Shown here: piece after piece, positions 1-9,085 of the stretch
How positions within the stretch are numbered: the first letter of the stretch is position 1
How the letters are laid out: every line of letters starts with the position of its first letter
DNA from: a virus
IMG/VR virus record: IMGVR_UViG_3300044797_000185
Coordinates: 32,001 to 96,000 of that record
Strand: one strand, 5' to 3'
DNA length: 64,000 bases
Position numbers and translations under genes: made by a program
The notes under the pieces: model-generated
Database searches by the model: none
Told to the model about the DNA's origin: nothing
Seen by the model: only the letters and a program-made list of their open reading frames with translations

Positions 1-2
1 GT

Positions 3-2075
3 TTACTTGCACCTCTAGCTTCCCCCACATTTACAGGTACTGTTACCATCCCAACTTTAACTCTCACTTCTCCTCTTACAGTAGCTAATGGTGGTACAGG
101 ACAAACCACAGCTGCTGCAGCTTTCAATGCTTTAACTCCAATGACCACCACTGGGGATTTAGAGTATGAATCGGCTTCAAATGTAGCATCAAGATTAGCT
201 ATTGGATCTTCAGGACAAGTACTTACAGTTGTTTCAGGTGTTCCAGCATGGGCTGCAGCAACAGGAACAACATATACTGCAGGAACAGGTTTAACATTAA
301 CTGGAACAGTTTTCAGTCTTACAAATCCAGTTACAGTTGCATTAGGTGGTACAGGACTTGCTACTCTTACAGCGCATAATGTTATGTTGGGTGAAGGAAC
401 AAGCAATGTAGCCTTTGCTGCACCTGGAACTTCAGGTCAATTATTTATATCTCAAGGTGCTTCATCAGATCCAGCATTTGAAGCAATGTCAGGAGATGCT
501 ACAATCTTATCTACTGGTGTATTAACATTAGCAACGGTTAATAGCAATGTAGGATCATTTGGATCAAGTACATCAATTCCCTCTTTCACAGTAAATGCTA
601 AAGGATTAATAACAGCTGCATCTGGTAACGTGGTTATTGCTCCAGCAGGAACTCTTTCAGGTACAACCCTAAATAGCACAGTTGTTTCAAGTTCTCTTAC
701 TTCAGTAGGAACAATCACTTCTGGTACTTGGACTGGAACAACCATAGCTATTGCTAACGGTGGAACAGGTGACACATCTTTAACAGCATATGCAGTTCTT
801 TGTGGTGGTACTACATCAACTGCAGCAATTCAATCTATTGCTTCTGTAGGTACATCTGGTCAAGTATTAACCAGTAATGGTGCAGGAGCACTTCCAACTT
901 TTCAAACTTCTACTGGTGGTGTTACATCGATTACTGGAACAACCAATGAAGTTATTGCATCAGCTTCTACTGGTGCTGTAACATTGTCTCTTCCACAAGC
1001 TATAGCGACAACTTCCAGTGTTACTTTTGGTGAAATAACTATAGGAAGTTTGGGCCAGGGACAGATAAGTACTGGTGGTGCTGGTAGTCCTCTTCAAATA
1101 GCAGCAGCTAATACTTTAACACTAGTCGCTGGAAGTGGATCAGGCCAAATAGTATGTAATGCAAATGCTGTAGTACCTATCACATCCAATGGTGTGACTC
1201 TTGGTACAACCTCGTTACCTTTTTCAAATATTTTTACAAAACAAGAAATAGTATTTCAAGAAACAGGTGCTGGCACCAACAATATCGAACTATCGGCACC
1301 TGCTTCAATAGGAACATCTTATTCCTTAGTTTTACCATCTGCTCAAGGTGGAGCTTCCACGTTTTTACAGAATGATGGTAGTGGTAATTTAAGTTGGACT
1401 GCTGGTGGTAGTGGAACAGTAAATAGTGGAACAGCTACTCATCTTTCCTACTATGCCACATCAACTAATGCTGTTTCTGATGCTGCAAGTAATACAATAT
1501 CTGGTTCTTATACATTCAGTGGTGGAGCTGGAGCACTTACAATGTCTAGTTCTACTATAGCTATGGGTTCCAACAAGATTACAGGTCTTGCTAATGGAAC
1601 AGCAGCAAGTGATGCTGTTGCTTTTGCTCAAGTTCTAGGCTTCAGGGTTTTACAGGTGGTATCAAATAACACGTCAACTACCACCACATCCTCTACTACA
1701 ACTTATGCAGATGCGACGAATTTGAATGTTACGATCACGCCCACCTTATCCACAAGTACTATCTGGATTATTGCATCCGTAAATTGTCTAGCGAATAATT
1801 CTGCGACTCAAATATGCTCTGTTGGTTTGAGGATTGTTCGTGGATCATCTACTGTTATAAGCACGTATGAAGGCGTTTGCTCACTCGGTGGTGGATCTGC
1901 TACTTCTGGAAGAAATACGAGCCAGGTCTTACTTTTTAAACCAGATTCTCCTGCTACTACATCAGCCACTACTTATAAAATCCAGATGAATAGTGGCAAT
2001 GGAACGGCTACCGCTTCCGTGAATGACCAAAATATCGCAACTGGGTCGTTCATATATGCCATTGAGATAGGATAA
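3..2075 (+). CDS. Tail fibre-like virion protein (5'-truncated by window)
   Basis: Frame is open from window start (LLAPLASPTFTG...) into the 141..2075 ORF. G/T/S/A-rich fibre modules (VANGGTG, TVNAKGLITAAS, GQVLTSNG) and a C-terminal fibre-tip domain. Confidence 0.8.
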   Translation, partial: LLAPLASPTFTGTVTIPTLTLTSPLTVANGGTGQTTAAAAFNALTPMTTTGDLEYESASNVASRLAIGSSGQVLTVVSGVPAWAAATGTTYTAGTGLTLTGTVFSLTNPVTVALGGTGLATLTAHNVMLGEGTSNVAFAAPGTSGQLFISQGASSDPAFEAMSGDATILSTGVLTLATVNSNVGSFGSSTSIPSFTVNAKGLITAASGNVVIAPAGTLSGTTLNSTVVSSSLTSVGTITSGTWTGTTIAIANGGTGDTSLTAYAVLCGGTTSTAAIQSIASVGTSGQVLTSNGAGALPTFQTSTGGVTSITGTTNEVIASASTGAVTLSLPQAIATTSSVTFGEITIGSLGQGQISTGGAGSPLQIAAANTLTLVAGSGSGQIVCNANAVVPITSNGVTLGTTSLPFSNIFTKQEIVFQETGAGTNNIELSAPASIGTSYSLVLPSAQGGASTFLQNDGSGNLSWTAGGSGTVNSGTATHLSYYATSTNAVSDAASNTISGSYTFSGGAGALTMSSSTIAMGSNKITGLANGTAASDAVAFAQVLGFRVLQVVSNNTSTTTTSSTTTYADATNLNVTITPTLSTSTIWIIASVNCLANNSATQICSVGLRIVRGSSTVISTYEGVCSLGGGSATSGRNTSQVLLFKPDSPATTSATTYKIQMNSGNGTATASVNDQNIATGSFIYAIEIG

Positions 2076-2078
2076 TTT

Positions 2079-2240
2079 ATGAAAAATCAAGATATTGTTA
2101 AAGCATTACTAGTGCTAACCCCAGGAGCACAGTGGGTTATTCATGGTGATACATTGGACGGCATTGAATGGCTTGATACCATCCAAACCAGACCAACTGA
2201 TGATGAAATCATTGCACAAATAGCAGCACAAGGAAAATAA
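2079..2240 (+). CDS. Small fibre-associated protein, XkdW-like (53 aa)
   Basis: Hand-translated MKNQDIVKALLVLTPGAQWVIHGDTLDGIEWLDTIQTRPTDDEII... The PGAxW...IEWLD...PT pattern is typical of small proteins following phage fibre genes. Confidence 0.65.
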   Translation: MKNQDIVKALLVLTPGAQWVIHGDTLDGIEWLDTIQTRPTDDEIIAQIAAQGK

Positions 2241-2242
2241 TC

Positions 2243-2839
2243 ATGGGTGATTCAACTGAATCTGGAGTCTATCAGATTCTTAATAAAGTTAATGGAAAAC
2301 GATATATTGGTTCTGCTGTTAATTTTATGAAACGTTGGTCTGATCATAGGACTCATTTGACTAAAAATATTCATCCAAATGATTACTTACAAAAATCAGT
2401 TAATAAGTATGGTCTTGATTCATTTAATTTTGAGATTGTTGAGAAAGTTACAGATCTTACACAATTGTTACAACGTGAACAATATTGGATGGATTATTAT
2501 AAGAGTTCTGATGATTTGTTTGGATATAATATTCGTTTAAATGCTCAAAATAATAAGGGACTTAAACATTCAGATGAGACTAAGCAAAAAATGAGATTAG
2601 CTCATCTCGGTAAAAAGCAATCTCTTGATCATATTAAAAATGCTGCTGATTCTCATAGAGGTAAAAAACGTACTGAAGAACAAGCTAAACGATGCGCTCG
2701 TACTTGGTCAGATGAACAAAGACAGCAACGTAGTGAACAACAAAAACAAATTTTTAAACGTGATGGTATGTCAGAAGAAACACGTCAAAAATGTAGAGAC
2801 GCTGCTTTAAAGCAGTGGGAATTAAAAAAACAAATCTAA
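2243..2839 (+). CDS. GIY-YIG homing endonuclease with NUMOD3 repeats
   Basis: GVYQILNKVNGKRYIGSA..RW..H motif; C-terminal KHSDETKQKM / RGKKRTEE / MSEETRQK repeats. Confidence 0.92.
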   Translation: MGDSTESGVYQILNKVNGKRYIGSAVNFMKRWSDHRTHLTKNIHPNDYLQKSVNKYGLDSFNFEIVEKVTDLTQLLQREQYWMDYYKSSDDLFGYNIRLNAQNNKGLKHSDETKQKMRLAHLGKKQSLDHIKNAADSHRGKKRTEEQAKRCARTWSDEQRQQRSEQQKQIFKRDGMSEETRQKCRDAALKQWELKKQI

Positions 2840-2911
2840 ACAGCGAGGTACACTACAATCGGAGACTCCTTTCAGATACTTCCTGATCAAAGTCAATTCG
2901 GTCCAGATTCT

Positions 2912-3421
2912 TTGGAATGGTATTTTATGTCCATTCGTGAGAAAGATAAATGGATTTTGAACATGAGTGGCGAACGCATTCTTCTTTATAAACGTCGCTA
3001 TGAAGGTCAACGTTGTCCTAAATTTGACACTGTTCGCCATACAAGTGCACAACATGAGGATACAATTTGTTATGGCACAGGATGGATTGCGCCTGATGCT
3101 AATATGACTGGAGATAATGCAGGTGGTCCTTACTATGGATTTTTTCAACCTATTGAAATTGTTGTGAGTTTGCTTTCAAGTGGACCAGAAGATTTAGCAC
3201 TTACAGATTACGGGCAACAACGAATTTTTAAACCTCATTCTTGGACACTCTATGAGCCACTTTTAACTCCTGGAGATATGCTTGTTCGTCGAAATAATGA
3301 AAGATTTCTTGTTACTGAAGTATTTCTCCGACGTTGGAAGCATTATGTTTTACACCAAGATTTTAATTTAGCTGAAGTGGAACGTGGAAGCATCCTTTAT
3401 CAATTACCTAGTGGGTTATAA
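2912..3421 (+). CDS. Putative neck / head-closure protein
   Basis: Position upstream of tail terminator and sheath; RCP...ICYGTGW motif. Frame is open from 2840, so the true start may be upstream (see findings). Confidence 0.5.
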   Translation: MEWYFMSIREKDKWILNMSGERILLYKRRYEGQRCPKFDTVRHTSAQHEDTICYGTGWIAPDANMTGDNAGGPYYGFFQPIEIVVSLLSSGPEDLALTDYGQQRIFKPHSWTLYEPLLTPGDMLVRRNNERFLVTEVFLRRWKHYVLHQDFNLAEVERGSILYQLPSGL

Positions 3422-3423
3422 AA

Positions 3424-4794
3424 ATGGCTAATGCTAATCCTTACTTAGTTTTAACTAGAGTACGAGATGCTGTCATTCTTGAACTTAGAGAAATCTTTGC
3501 CCCAAGGCATAATACAGCTGTAGTACCTGCCTTTGAATATAATTATATTGAAACATCTTCATCTGGGAACATTCAATTTTATGGTAATCCTTCAAATGGA
3601 AATACCGTTATAATTGGTGTAAATACAATTACGTTCGTAACTGGAACCCCATCAGGACTTCAAGTTAGAATTGGAGCAACGCAGCAAATTACTTTAGCAA
3701 ATTTAGTTGCTTTTATAAATGCAAATAGCAGTACTTTGCTGGTAACAGCCACTACAAATAGTGTTCCAAATATAGTTAATTTGATTGCAACAGCCCAAGG
3801 GGTTTCAGGAAATTTAATTACATTAGCTGTGAGTTCTACTGTGCTACGAGTTTCTTCCCCCACCCTTACTCAGGGGGGTTTGTTTGATTTTGATAATTCT
3901 GAAATTTTTATTTCTGATGCTATCCCTCAAGATTACCAGGATTGGCCATGCCTTATTGTTAATACTGCAATGGCAACTGAAACCCGATATCTTGGTCCAG
4001 AAGATAGCTTTGAAACAAAGAATAATTTTAACGTAGTAACACAATCAGAGATATTTTCTAGTTTAGTTGTGACTGTAACGATCACTCTTTACGTTATTGA
4101 CGATACACTTGCTCGTGATAAAATTATTGATTTAATTTATAATAATATGTCTGAAATACGACATCAACTCGCTTCAAATGGTATTGAAATGATTGACCGT
4201 ACAATGCCTACTGAAAATAGACAGTTTCAGGATCAGAGACAATATATTACTAATAATTTTATTTTACGAGTTTATTGTGAATGGAGTGATAACCAAGAAA
4301 TTACAAATATATCAAGTGTGTCTGTTTCTGTTCCTGTGACCCCAAATGCTGTTCCTATTATTAATAGCCCAATAAGTGCTTCCTATACTCATGGAATGCA
4401 ATTTGTTGTTGATAGTGTAGTTGATGCCACACATCTAACAGTAGAAAGTTCATTTGGTATGTCTTCTGGAAATACAATTACGCAAGGAACTCACACAACT
4501 ACAATCACTACAGTAGTAGATAATAATCATTTAACAGTAGGTTCCACAACAGGATGGATTCCTGGAAATGCTTCAAATACTTCAGTTAATTTACCCTTTT
4601 CATACATTATAACAGCTTCTGGTAATCCCACTTCCTATGGTGCTATTGGGTTGCCTTCAGGATTGACTGTGGATGCAGGTAATGGGCTTATTAGTGGAAT
4701 TCCTACTTCAGTCGGTAGTCCTTTTTATATTACTCTAAATGCTACGAATGCTACAGGTCAAGGAACACAGTCTTTGACTCTCACAGTTTCTTAA
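3424..4794 (+). CDS. Putative tail terminator/completion protein with inserted beta modules and C-terminal He_PIG-like Ig domain
   Basis: Directly upstream of sheath. C-terminus PFSYIITASGNPTSY...GLPSGLTVDAGNGLISGIPT...ITLNATNATG is the putative-Ig pattern; carries two DxTHLxV repeats. Confidence 0.55.
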   Translation: MANANPYLVLTRVRDAVILELREIFAPRHNTAVVPAFEYNYIETSSSGNIQFYGNPSNGNTVIIGVNTITFVTGTPSGLQVRIGATQQITLANLVAFINANSSTLLVTATTNSVPNIVNLIATAQGVSGNLITLAVSSTVLRVSSPTLTQGGLFDFDNSEIFISDAIPQDYQDWPCLIVNTAMATETRYLGPEDSFETKNNFNVVTQSEIFSSLVVTVTITLYVIDDTLARDKIIDLIYNNMSEIRHQLASNGIEMIDRTMPTENRQFQDQRQYITNNFILRVYCEWSDNQEITNISSVSVSVPVTPNAVPIINSPISASYTHGMQFVVDSVVDATHLTVESSFGMSSGNTITQGTHTTTITTVVDNNHLTVGSTTGWIPGNASNTSVNLPFSYIITASGNPTSYGAIGLPSGLTVDAGNGLISGIPTSVGSPFYITLNATNATGQGTQSLTLTVS

Positions 4795-4937
4795 GTAAAT
4801 AAGAATAAAGTAACCTAAAAAGTATAATAAAATCACGTAGTATTAGAGATACTGCTTTGCTTCGTAGAAAGATAGTTATTTACCAACAATTTTTGTAACC
4901 AAATAGATTTTAAATCTTTGTCAAGGAGATTCATCCA

Positions 4938-7436
4938 ATGCCTTCAATTAATAATCAGCCAGTTCTTCCAGGCGTATTTTCCCAGGTCCAACAGCAATTG
5001 CTTCCTTCTGTAACAGGTGGAATCAGAGTTGCTGCTTATATTGGAACTGGTCGTTTGACCAATTTAGTTGTTGGTGAAGCAGTCATTCGTGGTTCAGGAA
5101 ATCTTGATGCTCTCTTGCATCCAGCAGTTGCTCTTGATGGGACTTCAATTTCTGATGCCAACTTTGCAACTTATGAATTAGGTGTTGATTATTCTCTTAG
5201 TGGACCTTTTATTATTACTTCTGTTACTGATGGAACTCATTTGGTTGTTTCTTCAACAACAGGTATGTCTTCTGGAAATACAATTACGCAAGGAACTGCT
5301 TCTACAGATATCGTAACAGTTACTGATGGAACTCATTTGGTTGTTTCTTCAACAACAGGATTTGTTGCAGGTACTGCTTTAAATACTTCTATCGATGGAA
5401 TTAATTGGCTTACTGGTGCTATTTCCTTAACAGGAACAGCAAGTGATCCTTATGCAGGTCTTAGTGGAAAAACTTTCCAACTTTCAGTTGCAGGTGGACC
5501 AATTCAAACAGTTACTTTTTCAACAGAAACATCTGCTGATCAAGTTGTTGCTACTTTGAATGGTGCATTAACTGGGGCTGTCGCTTCTACTCCAGAAGTT
5601 CCAGTGCCAACTCTTGGTTCAGCATCTACTTATGCTGTTATCGCAAGTTCTACTATTACAAATACTGGTTCTACCACTCTCACAGGAAATGTTGCACTTA
5701 GTCCAGCAGGTTCTATCACAGGTTCCCCAACAGTTGTTGGAACAACTCATAATGGTGATGGTACAGCTGCGACAGCTTTAGCTGATGCTAACACAGCTTA
5801 TACTGCTTTTGCAGCTCTTCCAGGTGCAACTGATTTATCAGGAATGGTATTAGGAACAGGTGGAACAGTACCTACTCTTACTCCAGGCGTTTATAAATTT
5901 ACTTCTTCAGCACAGCTTACTGGTGCTTTAACACTCGATGCTGCTGGCAATCCAAATGCACAGTGGGTTTTCCAGATTGGTTCTACATTAACAACAGCAT
6001 CTGCTTCTTCAGTATTGTTAATTAATGGAGCTTCCGCTGGTAACATCTATTGGCAAGTTGGTAGCTCCGCTACCCTTGGAACAACAACAGCATTTAAAGG
6101 AACTATCATTGCTCAAGCAAGTGTAACAGATACTACAGGCGCAACAGTTCAGGGTCGCTTATTTGCCCTTACTGGAGCAGTAACATTAGACACAAATACA
6201 GTAACAGTTGTTCCAGGAACAACCCCAGGCGGTTCTTCAGTTACAATTACAACAACTGCTACATCTAATTCTTCTCTTACAATTGAAAATGGAACAGCAA
6301 ATAGTATTCTTGGTTTTACTGCTGGTTCATTAGTTTCTACTCCTTCTCGTCCAGTACTTGGCGTTACTTATTATGTCAATTATGAGTGGGCAAAGGCATT
6401 AAATGATGGACAGAGTAGCTTTCAACCTCAGTTTTTCTTCTTGCAGAATTTTAGTACAATTACAAATGCAATGGGAACTGTTGGTGGTGGCGATTCACAA
6501 ACTGCTAATATGTCAGGCGCATGGACTCTTCCAATTGCAGCACAACTCGCACAACAGAATGGTGCAAGCATTGTTTGTTTAATGCAGATGAATCCAGCAG
6601 ATGGCTCTAATGCATCGCAGGTTCGCGCAGCATTACAAAAGCTTTTCATTCCAAATATCAACATCGTTGTTTCACTCGATGCTGCTGATAATGCAATGCT
6701 AATTCCAGACATCACAAATCACGTTGAAACTGCTTCTAGCACGATTAACCGATTAGAGAGAACAGCATTCATTGGATTCTCCGCTCTTTCAAATCCTAGC
6801 GATGCAACAATGCTTGGATATGCAACCGCTGCTTCCAGTAATCGTGTAGTTGTAGTTAACCAGACCAATACAACATACACAATGTTTATTGGAACTAACC
6901 AAACAGCTTCTACGGTTGATGGAACAATGGCCGCAGCAGCACTTGCTGCCATTCGAACAGATCCCGCATTTGACGTTGCACAGCCATTAACACGCGAAGT
7001 ATTATCAGGTATTGCTACAACAAATACATTGGCACAATCTGAAAAAACAATCTTTGTTAATAATGGTGTATTAGTTATTGATAATGTATCTGGTTCACCA
7101 AAGGTATTGTTTGGAACTACAACAGAATTTGACACAATTCTTAACCAATTGTATCAAGTCACTGAAATTACAGATTATGTAGCACAAACATTGCGTGGAT
7201 TGCTCGATCCAATTTTCATTGGACAGAAATTGCTTACAAATACTCCTTCACAGGTTGAAACAGTTTCAGGTGCAATTCTTACAACGATTGAAGCTTCAAA
7301 CATCATTGAGTCATTTACACAGCCTTCCGCAACAGTAAATCCTCAACAGCCAACTCAGATTTTGCTTCAGGTAGGCATACAACCCGTCTTAGAACTGGAT
7401 ACCATCCTAATCACATTGGGATTGAACTTAGTATAA
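4938..7436 (+). CDS. Contractile tail sheath protein with inserted DUF3494-like domain
   Basis: N-terminal LPGVFSQV motif, sheath-like C-terminus (IQPVLELDTILITL), followed by tube gene; SD aaggag. DUF3494-like insert at about 5610-6207. Confidence 0.88.
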   Translation: MPSINNQPVLPGVFSQVQQQLLPSVTGGIRVAAYIGTGRLTNLVVGEAVIRGSGNLDALLHPAVALDGTSISDANFATYELGVDYSLSGPFIITSVTDGTHLVVSSTTGMSSGNTITQGTASTDIVTVTDGTHLVVSSTTGFVAGTALNTSIDGINWLTGAISLTGTASDPYAGLSGKTFQLSVAGGPIQTVTFSTETSADQVVATLNGALTGAVASTPEVPVPTLGSASTYAVIASSTITNTGSTTLTGNVALSPAGSITGSPTVVGTTHNGDGTAATALADANTAYTAFAALPGATDLSGMVLGTGGTVPTLTPGVYKFTSSAQLTGALTLDAAGNPNAQWVFQIGSTLTTASASSVLLINGASAGNIYWQVGSSATLGTTTAFKGTIIAQASVTDTTGATVQGRLFALTGAVTLDTNTVTVVPGTTPGGSSVTITTTATSNSSLTIENGTANSILGFTAGSLVSTPSRPVLGVTYYVNYEWAKALNDGQSSFQPQFFFLQNFSTITNAMGTVGGGDSQTANMSGAWTLPIAAQLAQQNGASIVCLMQMNPADGSNASQVRAALQKLFIPNINIVVSLDAADNAMLIPDITNHVETASSTINRLERTAFIGFSALSNPSDATMLGYATAASSNRVVVVNQTNTTYTMFIGTNQTASTVDGTMAAAALAAIRTDPAFDVAQPLTREVLSGIATTNTLAQSEKTIFVNNGVLVIDNVSGSPKVLFGTTTEFDTILNQLYQVTEITDYVAQTLRGLLDPIFIGQKLLTNTPSQVETVSGAILTTIEASNIIESFTQPSATVNPQQPTQILLQVGIQPVLELDTILITLGLNLV
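5610..6207 (+). other. DUF3494 (IBP-like) ice-binding-like domain, copy 1 (in sheath)
   Basis: LGSASTYAVIASSTITNTG..TLTGNVALSP..GVYKFTSSAQLTGALTLDAAGNPNAQWVFQIGSTLTTAS..IYWQVGSSATLGT..FKGTIIA..GRLFALTGAVTLDTN. Confidence 0.9.
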
Positions 7437-7486
7437 AATAGAAAAGAAAAAATTTAAAAAAAGATATTTCGTAAAGGAGAATCACG

Positions 7487-8017
7487 ATGGCCGAATTAGG
7501 GAATACGATTGCTCGACTTAGTACTAGCGTTTCACTTTTTGTACTTCCAAAAACTTTGGATGCTACCACATTAAATAACCCAGCAGCTCTTTTAGCTCTT
7601 GCACAACAGAGCACAAAGATTGGTGCTGTACAATCCTTTACCCAAACTCAAAGACGAAATACAGATTTTCGATTTGAATTGGATTCTGATTCTCAGGGAA
7701 AGCCAGTTGAAAGACTTCCTCGCACAGTTGATGAGTATTCTATTCGTGCTCAGCGCGTAATGCTTTACATTTCTGATGCTTTAGAAATCCTTGGTATTAG
7801 CGGTGATGATATTGTTAATAACAATGCCCCAATTGGTATTCTTAAGCAAGAAATTGCTCCAGCAGGTTCAGGCGTTCCTACAAAGAGCACAATCTTTACA
7901 GGAGTTTGGATTCACTCAGTTGGTGCAACGTATAATATTTCTGGTGGCGATTTGCGCGTAATGGAAGATGTCGATTTTGGTTATACAGGATCTACAGTAA
8001 TTGGTGAACCAGCCTAA
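7487..8017 (+). CDS. Tail tube protein
   Basis: 176 aa directly after sheath; IGAVQSFTQTQRR and MEDVDFGY patterns resemble myovirus tubes; SD aaggag. Confidence 0.75.
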   Translation: MAELGNTIARLSTSVSLFVLPKTLDATTLNNPAALLALAQQSTKIGAVQSFTQTQRRNTDFRFELDSDSQGKPVERLPRTVDEYSIRAQRVMLYISDALEILGISGDDIVNNNAPIGILKQEIAPAGSGVPTKSTIFTGVWIHSVGATYNISGGDLRVMEDVDFGYTGSTVIGEPA

Positions 8018-8047
8018 CTTAGTTGATTTCTAGCTTCAAAATAGTAC

Positions 8048-8076
8048 TTGACAAAGTTCCCTTTATATGTTATACT
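8048..8076 (+). promoter_or_regulatory. Sigma70-type promoter
   Basis: TTGACA-17 nt-TATACT. Confidence 0.85.
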
Positions 8077-8107
8077 TAAGTAGAGACAAATAAGGGAGGT
8101 AACAAAT

Positions 8108-8356
8108 ATGTTACATTTATTTTGGGGCACATACTTAGTTTTGGGATTTGTGTTTCTCTTGCTTGTTAAGACTTTTGTAGATATTGTAAGATACATTTCC
8201 AATCCTCATAAAGTAGATGGAAAGTTTGTGAATGATTTATTTGTTGGACTTGGCACAGTTACTGTCATTGGCTTAGGTGCCTATTCTATTAATAAGTTAA
8301 ATCAAGTTCAAAATGAGCTTAGAGATTTAAAAGAACAGATTAAGTATCAAAGATAA
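8108..8356 (+). CDS. Small two-TM membrane protein (moron-like insertion in tail operon)
   Basis: Two hydrophobic segments plus a coiled-coil tail; own promoter and SD gggagg. Confidence 0.7.
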   Translation: MLHLFWGTYLVLGFVFLLLVKTFVDIVRYISNPHKVDGKFVNDLFVGLGTVTVIGLGAYSINKLNQVQNELRDLKEQIKYQR

Positions 8357-8373
8357 GTAAAAGGAGCAGTACA

Positions 8374-8715
8374 ATGGATTTGAAAAGCATTAAAAGCTTA
8401 GGAAGAGTTGAAAAGAAATTTGAATTGCTTAAGGGTTACACATTAACTCTCCATACACTTTCTTCTTCTGAAATGCAGGATTGTATTTCGGAGATTCCAA
8501 ATGGTCTTTCAGATGCCCATTGGCTTTCTGCTATGAATTTGGCATTATTATCTTACAGTACTTCTCATATTAATGATGAAGTTATTACATTAGAACAAGC
8601 TAAAGAATTTTATAAGAATCTTCAGATCACGTTACTTAATGATGCTGCTTTGTTTCTTGGAACGCTTAAAACAGAACAAGATGCAGTGTTAGAAGAACTC
8701 AAAAAAAAAGTTTAA
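8374..8715 (+). CDS. Tail assembly chaperone (G-like)
   Basis: Between tube and tape measure; ends in a nine-A run (8701-8709) just before the stop. Confidence 0.75.
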   Translation: MDLKSIKSLGRVEKKFELLKGYTLTLHTLSSSEMQDCISEIPNGLSDAHWLSAMNLALLSYSTSHINDEVITLEQAKEFYKNLQITLLNDAALFLGTLKTEQDAVLEELKKKV

Positions 8716-9083
8716 CAACCTCCCCTGACTCCCTCCCATTCAGACACCTCTGGATTGTAAGTCGTGCCCTCAATGTTTCCCCTTTTTCTGATACCATTAG
8801 AAATCTTTCTGAACCTGAAATCCTCTGGACTCTTCAAAATTATTATGCTGATCAAAATGAGGATATGGATAAATATAAACTATTACTCCGATTTATTAAT
8901 CCAGATGGCGCAAAAAAACTCTTTGATGAAAATAGATCTGAGATGACAGTAAGTACTGAAGATTTTATGCTTGAACAGATGTCAAAAGATCTTAAAGGTA
9001 AGTATACACCTGAAGAATTGGCTGAGATTATGGAAGATCCCGCCCATTTTGCAAACCTTGATAGAATAGAAAAGGCTGATTAA
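8374..9083 (+). CDS. Tail assembly chaperone frameshift product (GT-like) via -1 ribosomal frameshift
   Basis: A_AAA_AAA slippery site. The -1 frame is open from 8700 (SLTTSPDSLPFRHLWIVSRALNV...) and joins the 8865..9083 ORF. Confidence 0.75.
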
Positions 9084-9085
9084 CA

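Noticed and set aside
2243-2911. Group I intron carrying the GIY-YIG ORF
   Set aside because: Only about 20 nt separate the endonuclease stop from the resumed coding sequence, leaving no room for a ribozyme core; no P7-like elements seen.
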